Shown here: positions 40,928-49,800 of the stretch, piece by piece | How the letters are laid out: each line of letters starts with the position of its first letter | Numbering within the stretch: the first letter of the stretch is position 1 | Origin: an uncultured Flavobacteriaceae bacterium | GTDB lineage: Bacteria; Bacteroidota; Bacteroidia; Flavobacteriales; Flavobacteriaceae | Reading direction: 5' to 3' | DNA length: 64,000 nucleotides | Assembly: GCA_905182835.1 (NCBI GenBank) | Contig: CAJJDI010000004.1 | Span: 27,213 to 91,212, forward strand | The notes under the pieces: generated by a model | Seen by the model: the letters and a program-made list of their open reading frames with translations, nothing else | Databases searched by the model: none | What the model was told of the DNA's origin: nothing | Made by a program: the position numbers and the translations under genes

Positions 40928-42328
40928 TTATATTTCTTGGGCAATCTTTATGGCTTTAGTTAATGCACCTAACTTATTATATACTTCTTGTAACTCATTA
41001 TTAGAATTAGATTTTGAAATTATTCCAGCTCCAGCCTGCCAGGTTAGTTGATGGTTTTTACTTAAAAAAGTTCTTATCATAATTGCATGATTGAAGTTTC
41101 CGCTAAAATCCATAAATCCAATTGCTCCCCCATAAAAACTTCTATTAGTCAATTCATATTTCTCGATTAATTGCATTGCTTTGTATTTTGGTGCTCCACT
41201 AAGTGTCCCGGCTGGAAAAGTGTCTGCAACAACTCTCATGGTTGAGGTATTCTTAGATTTTTTGGCTATAACTTTGCTTACTAAATGAATTACATGTGAA
41301 AAAAATTGTATTTCTCGATATTTATCTACTCTAACTTCTGTGCCATTTCTAGCCAAATCATTTCTAGCTAAATCAACCAACATTACATGTTCACTATTTT
41401 CTTTTGAATCTTTTGATAATTTATTTGCTAATTCAGCATCTTTTAGGTCATCTCCAGTTCTTTTAAATGTTCCTGCAATTGGATGAATTTCGGCACTTCC
41501 TTGATTGACAATTAATTGCGCCTCAGGTGAACTCCCAAATATTTTATAATCTCCATAATCAAAATAGAAAAGATAAGGCGACGGGTTTATACTTCTTAGT
41601 GCTCTATAGACATTAAATTCATCACCAATAAAGCTTTGGGTAAACTTCTTTGATAAAACTAATTGAAACACATCTCCTCTTTTACAGTGTGCTTTAGCTA
41701 TATCAACGTGTTTTAGAAAATCATTATCCGATAAATTTGAACTAATTTCACCCTCAGTTATAAAGTTATAGTTAGGGTAATTCTTTGCGCTGATTAATTG
41801 TAATATTTCTTCAATATTATTGTTTTTATTATAACAATTCGCAAAAATATATGCCTCATTTTGAAAATGATTTATTGCAATAATATTTTGATAAACGGCA
41901 TAATATATGTCTGGAATGTTAGGGTCCTTTTCTTTTTTTGAAATTTCTATATCTTCGAAATATCTAACAGCATCATAGTTAATGTATCCAAAAAGTCCAT
42001 TATTAATAAATTTAAATTTTTTTGTATCTACTTCAAATAATTGTGTGAAATCGTGTATTATATTTGGGATGCTGGATAATTTATTTAACGCAACTGTTTT
42101 ACTTGAATCGTCTGGATAGGTATACTCAATTTGTTCATTATATATCTTTATTGAGGATATTGGATTACAGCATATGTATGAAAAACTATTATCAACTGTA
42201 TGGTAGTCACTACTCTCTAATAGAATACTATTTGGGTATTTATCTCTAATCTTTAAATATATACTAACTGGTGTAATAGTATCAGATAGTATTTTTTTAT
42301 GGTTTGTGCTTAATTTATATTTCTTCAT
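40928..42328 (-). CDS. trpE: Anthranilate synthase component I
   Basis: 466 aa with LLESSD, SPYLFYF, GSSPE, AGTLSGAPK and GGAIG. Confidence 0.95.
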   Translation of the reverse strand: MKKYKLSTNHKKILSDTITPVSIYLKIRDKYPNSILLESSDYHTVDNSFSYICCNPISSIKIYNEQIEYTYPDDSSKTVALNKLSSIPNIIHDFTQLFEVDTKKFKFINNGLFGYINYDAVRYFEDIEISKKEKDPNIPDIYYAVYQNIIAINHFQNEAYIFANCYNKNNNIEEILQLISAKNYPNYNFITEGEISSNLSDNDFLKHVDIAKAHCKRGDVFQLVLSKKFTQSFIGDEFNVYRALRSINPSPYLFYFDYGDYKIFGSSPEAQLIVNQGSAEIHPIAGTFKRTGDDLKDAELANKLSKDSKENSEHVMLVDLARNDLARNGTEVRVDKYREIQFFSHVIHLVSKVIAKKSKNTSTMRVVADTFPAGTLSGAPKYKAMQLIEKYELTNRSFYGGAIGFMDFSGNFNHAIMIRTFLSKNHQLTWQAGAGIISKSNSNNELQEVYNKLGALTKAIKIAQEI

Positions 42329-42338
42329 ATTATTTAAT

Positions 42339-42370
42339 AAAAAAAGGCTTATCGTAAACGATAAGCCTTT
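42339..42370 (-). terminator. trp attenuator terminator (perfect 12-bp stem, UUUA loop, U7 tail) ending about 10 nt before the trpE ATG
   Basis: The minus strand reads AAAGGCUUAUCG-UUUA-CGAUAAGCCUUU followed by UUUU-A-UU. I verified the pairing base by base (43:70 ... 54:59). Confidence 0.85.
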
Positions 42371-42393
42371 ATATTTTAGTTAATACTATAGGG

Positions 42394-42453
42394 TTAGTTT
42401 ACGAATAGTCTTTCGTTATGCCACCAGCAAGTATTTTGAATTATTTTCATCAT
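42394..42453 (-). CDS. trp operon leader peptide, 19 aa with tandem Trp codons
   Basis: The minus strand reads ATG ATG AAA ATA ATT CAA AAT ACT TGC TGG TGG CAT AAC GAA AGA CTA TTC GTA AAC TAA, giving MMKIIQNTCWWHNERLFVN. It sits between a TAnnTTTG box and the terminator. Confidence 0.8.
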   Translation of the reverse strand: MMKIIQNTCWWHNERLFVN

Positions 42454-42488
42454 AATTTGCTTAAATATAACATTCCTTTAAAAAAAAA

Positions 42489-42496
42489 CAAATTTA
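42489..42496 (-). promoter_or_regulatory. Candidate -7 promoter box (TAAATTTG) for the trp leader/operon
   Basis: Matches the Bacteroidota TAnnTTTG consensus about 36 nt upstream of the leader ATG. I see no clear -33 TTTG. Confidence 0.35.
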
Positions 42497-42693
42497 ATTG
42501 ATAATAAGTGTCATTTGATTGCTTATTATTATGAATTATTAATTTTATCATTAGTTAAGGTCAGTTTTTGATAATTTTTCTATCACATAATTATTAATTA
42601 TGTAAATCTCAACTATAATTCAAATTTCATCTCTTTTTTAGTTTAAACTAGTTTGTATATCATATATATTTATTGACAATTAAAATAAGAGTA

Positions 42694-45144
42694 ATGAAGA
42701 TTTTCAAATTTGGTGGCACTTCAGTTGGTTCAGCACATAATATTAAAATAATTAGAGACATTGTGTCTAATAATATCATTAACGGAAGGTTGGTTATAGT
42801 TGTATCGGCTATTGGAGGGGTTACCGATAAATTATTTGAATTAGGTAATTATGCTTTTGATAAAAATAAAAATTATAAAGACTTTTATCATGAAATATGT
42901 AATTTCCATAATTCCATAATTAATGATTTGTTTAATCACATTGATTCTAAAGCTTTAATTGATATAGTTCAATTAACTTATGTTGAAATTGAAATTGTAA
43001 TTGATGAAATATTTAAAACTAATATTTTTTCATTATCAACTCAAGATAAGATTCTTAGTTTTGGTGAGTTATTATCCTCTTTAATTATTTCTGAGTTCTT
43101 TAAAATGTCTCAAATTGATGTATTTCATATAAATTCTCAAGAACTAATTGTAACTGACAGTAACTTCACTAATGCACAAGTTGATTCTATCAAAACATTT
43201 AAAAATATTCAAAAGCTTTTCAATATACATAGTAACAGAGTTTTCGTTTTACCTGGCTTTGTTGCTAAATCTATACATAATGAAATAACAACTTTGGGTC
43301 GAGGAGGGTCTGATTATACGGCTTCAATTTTGGCAGCAGCGTTAAATGCAGAAGAACTTCAGATATGGACCGATGTTAGCGGAATGTATACAAGTAATCC
43401 TAAAATTGTAAAGGAGGCAGTTCCAATTGAGTGTATGTCATATCAAGAAGCTCTTGAGTTCTCACATTTTGGAGCTAAAGTTCTTTACCCACCAACTATT
43501 CAACCTGTATTAGATTATAATATTCCAATCTTAATAAAAAATACAATATATCCAAATGATGTAGGTACATGCATTTCTAGTAAAATAACACTGAATGATG
43601 TTGGAGTTAAAGGAATTAGCAATATTGATAATATAGCTTTGCTTACTCTTCAAGGTAATGGAATGGTTGGGGTTCCAGGGTTTTCTAAACGGTTGTTTGA
43701 AACATTAAGTAAAGACAATATTAATATTATTTTAATTACTCAAGCTTCTTCAGAACATTCTATATGTGTTGCTATTCAACAAAGTGATGTAAAGATTGCA
43801 GAAAGAAGTATTAATATTTGTTTTAAAAATGATGTTTCTACTAATAAATTAGATCCTATTATTGTTGAATTAGATTTAGCTATTATTGCTGTAATTGGTG
43901 ATAAAATGAAAAGTCAGCAAGGAGTTAGTGGGAAAATGTTTAGTGTTCTAGGTAAAAATAATGTCAATATTAGAGCTATAGCTCAAGGTGCTTCAGAGAG
44001 GAATATTTCAGCTGTAATTTCAAAAAAAGATGTAAAAAAAGCACTTAACTCTTTACATGAGGTTTATTTTGATGGTAACTTAAAACAGTTAAATGTATTT
44101 ATTACTGGAGTAGGTAATGTTGGCAAAGAGTTAATCTCTCAAATTAACAATCAATATGATTATTTAAAAGAAAAGATGAATGTGAATATTAGAGTGATTG
44201 GACTCTCAGATTCCAAAAAAATGTATTTTGATGAAGATGGAATTGATTTAAGTAAATGGAAATCAAGTTTATCTACTGGTGTTAAAAGTTCATTTAATGA
44301 GTTTTATGATAAAGTAATTGATTTAAATTTTAGAAATAGCATTTTTTTAGACATTACTGCTAATGAAGATATTTGTAGTTATTACAAGAAATATTTAATG
44401 AAAAATGTAGCAGTTATAGCTTGTAATAAAATAGCCTGCTCATTAAGTTTAGAGTCTTATAAAGATTTAAAAATAGCATCATTAAAATTTAATTCACCAT
44501 TTCTATTCGAAACTAATGTTGGTGCAGGTTTACCGATTTTGAATACATTAAATAATTTACTTTCATCAGGAGATGAAATCATTTCAATTGAAGCTGTTTT
44601 ATCTGGAAGCTTGAATTTTATTTTTAATAATTATGATGGAACTAAATCTTTTTTAAACATTATTAAACAAGCTAAAAAAGAAGGCTATACAGAGCCTGAC
44701 CCTAGAATAGATTTAAGTGGTGTTGATGTGGCTAGAAAAATTTTAATTTTAGCTAGAGAAAGCGGATCTAATATTAATTTGGAAGATATAAATAATGAGC
44801 CTTATATTAAAGATTATAATTTTAACAACAATTCTTCAATTGATGATTTTTATAATTTTGTAGATTTAAATGAAAAATATTTTAAAGATATGTTTAATAA
44901 ATCTTTTTCTAACAATTGTCAATTGAAGTATGTTGCAGAATACTCAGATGGAAAAGCTAAGATTGGGTTGCGTGAAATATCTAAAAATCACCCCTTTTAT
45001 AATTTAGAAGGGAAAGATAATATTGTTCTATTTCACACAAAAAGATATTTAGATCAGCCTTTAATAATTAAGGGTGCGGGTGCGGGTGCGGGTGTAACAG
45101 CTGCTGGATTGTTTTCTGATATTATTAAAGTTAATAATTCTTAA
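42694..45144 (+). CDS. thrA: Bifunctional aspartokinase / homoserine dehydrogenase I
   Basis: ATG at 42694 gives MKIFKFGGTSVG. GRGGSDYTA, two ACT regions, then the HSD domain (ITGVGNVGKE..., EPDPRIDLSGVDVARK). The track start at 42673 is TTG. Confidence 0.95.
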   Translation: MKIFKFGGTSVGSAHNIKIIRDIVSNNIINGRLVIVVSAIGGVTDKLFELGNYAFDKNKNYKDFYHEICNFHNSIINDLFNHIDSKALIDIVQLTYVEIEIVIDEIFKTNIFSLSTQDKILSFGELLSSLIISEFFKMSQIDVFHINSQELIVTDSNFTNAQVDSIKTFKNIQKLFNIHSNRVFVLPGFVAKSIHNEITTLGRGGSDYTASILAAALNAEELQIWTDVSGMYTSNPKIVKEAVPIECMSYQEALEFSHFGAKVLYPPTIQPVLDYNIPILIKNTIYPNDVGTCISSKITLNDVGVKGISNIDNIALLTLQGNGMVGVPGFSKRLFETLSKDNINIILITQASSEHSICVAIQQSDVKIAERSINICFKNDVSTNKLDPIIVELDLAIIAVIGDKMKSQQGVSGKMFSVLGKNNVNIRAIAQGASERNISAVISKKDVKKALNSLHEVYFDGNLKQLNVFITGVGNVGKELISQINNQYDYLKEKMNVNIRVIGLSDSKKMYFDEDGIDLSKWKSSLSTGVKSSFNEFYDKVIDLNFRNSIFLDITANEDICSYYKKYLMKNVAVIACNKIACSLSLESYKDLKIASLKFNSPFLFETNVGAGLPILNTLNNLLSSGDEIISIEAVLSGSLNFIFNNYDGTKSFLNIIKQAKKEGYTEPDPRIDLSGVDVARKILILARESGSNINLEDINNEPYIKDYNFNNNSSIDDFYNFVDLNEKYFKDMFNKSFSNNCQLKYVAEYSDGKAKIGLREISKNHPFYNLEGKDNIVLFHTKRYLDQPLIIKGAGAGAGVTAAGLFSDIIKVNNS

Positions 45145-45348
45145 CATATAAATGAGATAAAAGTTTTTCCCCAGAGACAATTTTAATGTAGCGTGTGGTT
45201 TTGATATTTTGGGATTTCCTATGGAGACTATATGGGGTGAAATAATTGTAAGGAAAACACTAGGCTTTGATTTACCTTATTAAATTAAACCAATTATGAA
45301 TAAAAGATAAAACTTCTATTTTATTGATTCGTATTCAAGTTTTAAGAG

Positions 45349-46800
45349 TTACATAGCTGGTAGTTGTCCATCTCCTTTTGTTGCCAGATCACTACTTCCA
45401 GTCAGATAAATATCAACTTCTCTTGCGGCTTCTCGGCCTTCAGATATTGCCCAAACAATTAGAGATTGACCTCTTCTCATATCTCCAGCACTAAAAACAT
45501 TTGAAATATTAGTTTGGTAGTTATTTGTCTTATAATTAGATTTTTCATCAGTATTAACTCCTAGCTGTTGAGCTAACCCAGATTTAGGACCAAGAAAACC
45601 TAAAGCAAGTAACACTATATCACAATTCCAAATTTTTTCAGAACCTTTAATTTCAATTAATTTAGGTCTTTCTCCATTTTTAGTTTCCCATTTTACTTCA
45701 ACAGTTTTTAAACCTGTAAGATTGTTCTTGTTATCAAATAAAAATTCTTTTGTATTAATTAGCCAGTTCCTTTCACACCCTTCAACATGAGAACTTGATG
45801 TTTTAAGTTGTAAAGGCCAATATGGCCAAGGTGTTTTAGGACTTCTTTTATTAGGAGGTTTGGGCATTATTTCAAAATTGGTTACAGATTTAGCACCATT
45901 TCTGTTTGATGTCCCAACACAGTCAGACCCTGTATCTCCTCCACCTATAACAATAACATTTTTATTTTTTAAATCAGTTATTTTGATTGAATTGTCATAT
46001 AGTGACCTTGTTTGTTGTGTTAATAATTCCATAGCTTGAATAATTCCAGCTGATTTAGATCCAGGGATATTCAGTTCTCTTTTATTTGAAGCTCCACCGC
46101 ACAAAATAATAGCATCATAATCTTCTAATTCTTCAATATTTACATTAACCCCAACATTAGCGTTAGTGATAAAGATAATACCTTCTTCTATAAGAATATT
46201 TACTCTTCTGTCTATTATATGTTTTTCTAATTTAAAATTTGGTATCCCATACCTTAAAAGCCCACCAATTTTATCTTCTTTCTCATAAACAGTTACATTG
46301 TGTCCAGCACTATTAAGTTGTTGAGCTGCAGCTAAACCAGCTGGTCCAGAGCCTATTATTGCAATCTTATTATTTGTTCTTTTTTTTGGAACCTTTGCTC
46401 TAATCCAACCATTCTCAAAACCTTTTTCAACAATATTCTTTTCAATATTCTCAATAGAAACTGGTTCTTCTATAAGTCCAAGCACACATGATTGCTCACA
46501 TGGAGCAGGGCAAAGTCTTCCAGTAAACTCAGGAAAATTATTAGTAGAATGTAAAATCCAAGATGCTTTTTGCCATTCTCCTTGTTGAACCATTAGATTA
46601 AAGTCAGGTATTAAGTTTCCAAGTGGACAAGAACTATGACAAAATGGTATTCCGCAATCCATACATCGTGAACCTTGTTTTTTAAGTTCTTTGTCTTCTA
46701 ATTTAACAGTAAATTCTTTGTAGTTACTAATTCTGTTCTTTACAGAAATGTACCCATCTTCCTTTCTTTTAAACTCTTTAAATCCTGTTGATTTTCCCAT
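45349..46800 (-). CDS. gltD: Glutamate synthase (NADPH) small subunit
   Basis: QGSRCMDCGIPFC, 4Fe-4S cysteines, IIGSGPAGLAAA, GGGDTGSDC. Confidence 0.96.
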   Translation of the reverse strand: MGKSTGFKEFKRKEDGYISVKNRISNYKEFTVKLEDKELKKQGSRCMDCGIPFCHSSCPLGNLIPDFNLMVQQGEWQKASWILHSTNNFPEFTGRLCPAPCEQSCVLGLIEEPVSIENIEKNIVEKGFENGWIRAKVPKKRTNNKIAIIGSGPAGLAAAQQLNSAGHNVTVYEKEDKIGGLLRYGIPNFKLEKHIIDRRVNILIEEGIIFITNANVGVNVNIEELEDYDAIILCGGASNKRELNIPGSKSAGIIQAMELLTQQTRSLYDNSIKITDLKNKNVIVIGGGDTGSDCVGTSNRNGAKSVTNFEIMPKPPNKRSPKTPWPYWPLQLKTSSSHVEGCERNWLINTKEFLFDNKNNLTGLKTVEVKWETKNGERPKLIEIKGSEKIWNCDIVLLALGFLGPKSGLAQQLGVNTDEKSNYKTNNYQTNISNVFSAGDMRRGQSLIVWAISEGREAAREVDIYLTGSSDLATKGDGQLPAM

Positions 46801-46801
46801 T

Positions 46802-49800
46802 TTAGTACAGTTTGTTTAGTGTTTTTTTATCTAATGACATTTTTTTAAGTGCTTTTTTATATTCTGTAGGCATTACTTTAATGAAGTGTTTAACTTCCGC
46901 ATCCCAATTAGAAATAATTTTACTGCCCAAAGTACTATCTGTATATTCTATGTGTTTTGAAATAATTAAATGTAAATCAGATATATCTTTTTTAGTTAAA
47001 TTTTCAAATTCAATAGATTCTGTATTACATAGTCCGTTTATGAAATTATTATTATTATCATAAACATATGCTATCCCACCACTCATTCCTGCAGCAAAGT
47101 TTCTACCTGTTTTACCTAATATTATAATTTTCCCACCAGTCATATATTCACATCCATGATCTCCAATACCTTCGACAACTGCTGTCGCTCCAGAATTTCT
47201 TACAGCAAATCGTTCCCCAACAATTCCGTTGATGTATACTTCACCAGAAATAGCTCCGAATAAGCAAACATTACCAGCGATAATATTTTCTTCAGCCTTA
47301 AAATCTGCGTCTTGAGGTTTCTTTATTATTAATTTAGCCCCTGATAATCCTTTCCCTAAGTAATCATTGCAGCACCCCTCTAGTACGAATGTAATTCCAC
47401 TAGTTGCAAATGCACCAAAACTCTGGCCTGCATATCCTTTAAAATTTACATTTATTGTATTAGATGGTAATCCATTATCTTTATACTTTTTTGAAATCTC
47501 ATTACTTAATATCGCCCCAACAGACCTGTCTGTATTATTTATTTTATATGATAAATTTGTCGTTTTTCCGAAATGAATTGACTTTTGAGCAGATTTTACT
47601 ATTTTGATATCAAGAACATTGTAAAGATCATGATCCTGAGTATCAGTATTTCTTAAAATTGTTTTTTTAGGGTCGAATGGTTGGTATAGAATTGAAGAAA
47701 GGTCTAACCCTTTTGCTTTATAGTGGCTTAAAACTTTTGATGAATTTATTTTTTGTGATTGTCCGATCATTTCATTCATACTCCTAAATCCTAGAAGTGC
47801 CATAATTTCGCGTAATTCGTTAGCTACAAAGTAAAAGAAGTTAATTACGTGCTCTGGTTTTCCTTTAAAGTTTTTTCTTAATTCTATATCTTGTGTAGCG
47901 ATCCCGACTGGACATGTATTTAAATGACATTTTCTCATCATAATACAACCGGATGCTACAAGTGGTGCTGTTGCAAATCCAAACTCTTCAGCGCCAAGTA
48001 ATGCTGCAATTGCTACATCTCTACCAGTTTTTAGCTGTCCATCACATTCTATTACAATTCTACTTCTTAAATTATTAATAACTAAAGCTTGTTGAGCTTC
48101 TGCAATACCAAGTTCCCAAGGAAGGCCTGCATGTTTAAGTGACGTTAATGGGGAAGCGCCAGTCCCTCCGTCATATCCAGAAATTAAAACAACATCAGCC
48201 TTTGCTTTTGCTACTCCAGCTGCAATTGTGCCAACTCCAGCCTCAGAAACTAATTTCACATTAATTCTAGCTTCTCTATTTGCGTTTTTTAAATCATAAA
48301 TTAACTGAGCTAAATCTTCAATTGAGTAAATATCATGATGTGGTGGTGGCGATATTAACCCTACAAAGGGTGTTGAGTTTCTAACATCTGCAATCCAAGG
48401 AAATACTTTTTCTGCAGGAAGTTGCCCTCCTTCACCAGGTTTTGCTCCCTGAGCCATTTTTATTTGAATTTCTTTAGCATTAGTTAAATAATTTGAAGAA
48501 ACACCAAATCTTCCTGAAGCAACTTGTTTTATTGCGGAGCTTTTATTATCTCCATTTTTCATTAGTTCAAATCTATTTTTATCTTCTCCTCCTTCACCTG
48601 AATTACTTTTACCTCCAATTCTGTTCATTGCAATTGCTAAGTTTTCATGAGCTTCTTTTGAAATTGAACCGTAAGACATTGCGCCAGTTTTGAATCTTTT
48701 TACTATCTCTGTCCAGGGCTCTACTTCATCTATAGAGATTGGGTTAAAATCATTAAATTCAAACAACCCTCTAATGGTCATTAATCTTTCAGATTGCTCA
48801 TTAATATTTTTTGCGTAAACATTGTAACTCTCTTGATCGTTTAACCTTACTGCTTGTTGTATTTTAGCAATTGTTGTAGGGTTAAACATATGCCTTTCTC
48901 CATTTCTTCGCCATCTATACTCTCCACCAATATTTAATCTTAATTTATTATTTTCTTCATATTTAGGGAACGCATGATCATATCTTTTTGATATTTCCTT
49001 TTCAATTTCATAAAGACCTATCCCCTCTATTCTTGACGTAGTGTAAGGGAAGTATTTTTCAACAAATTCTGAACTAAAACCAACTATTTCAAACAATTGA
49101 GAGCTTCTGTATGAATGAAGGGTAGAAATACCAATTTTATTCATAATTTTCAATATTCCTTTTCCTATAGCTTTGTTGAAGTTTATTACAGCTTCAATTT
49201 CAGTTAATCCCTTTATAAAGCCTTCCCTAACTTGAGATTTAATTATTTCATTAACCATATATGGGTTAATTGCACTAGCACCATATCCAAAAAGTGTAGC
49301 AAAATGATGAGGCTCTCTTGGTTCAGCAGACTCAATAATAATATCGAAATATGATCTCTTTCTTTTAATGTTTAAAGAATGGTGAACAAATGAGCAGGCT
49401 AATAGAGCTGGTATTGGAGCATTGCTTTTATTGGCATTTTTATCAGACAATATTATTATATTATAACCTTGATCAATACTTTTTTCAACTTCATTAACAA
49501 TTGAGTCTAATGAATCCTCAATTCCATTTAGACCTTTGCTTTTGCTATATAAAATTTTAATGGTCTTTGATTTAAATCCTTTAATATTTATATGCCTAAT
49601 TTTATGTAGGTCTCTATTTGATATAACTGGATTTTGAATTTTTAATTTCCTACATTGATCCGGGGTTATTTTAAATATGTTTTTATCATTACCCAGAGCC
49701 AAACTTATATCTGTAACTATCTCTTCTCTAATCCCGTCTAAGGGTGGATTTGTTACTTGAGCAAATAGTTGTTTGAAGTAGTTGTATAGAAGTTGAGTTT

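Noticed and set aside
45073-45094. GC-rich hexanucleotide tandem repeat (GGTGCG) x3.7 inside thrA, encoding GAGAGAGV.
   Set aside because: It aligns without an indel to the conserved G-x-G-A-G..VTA glycine loop of homoserine dehydrogenase, which in E. coli ThrA I recall as GYGAGNDVTAAG. It looks like ordinary coding sequence rather than a contingency locus. It remains a possible slippage site only.
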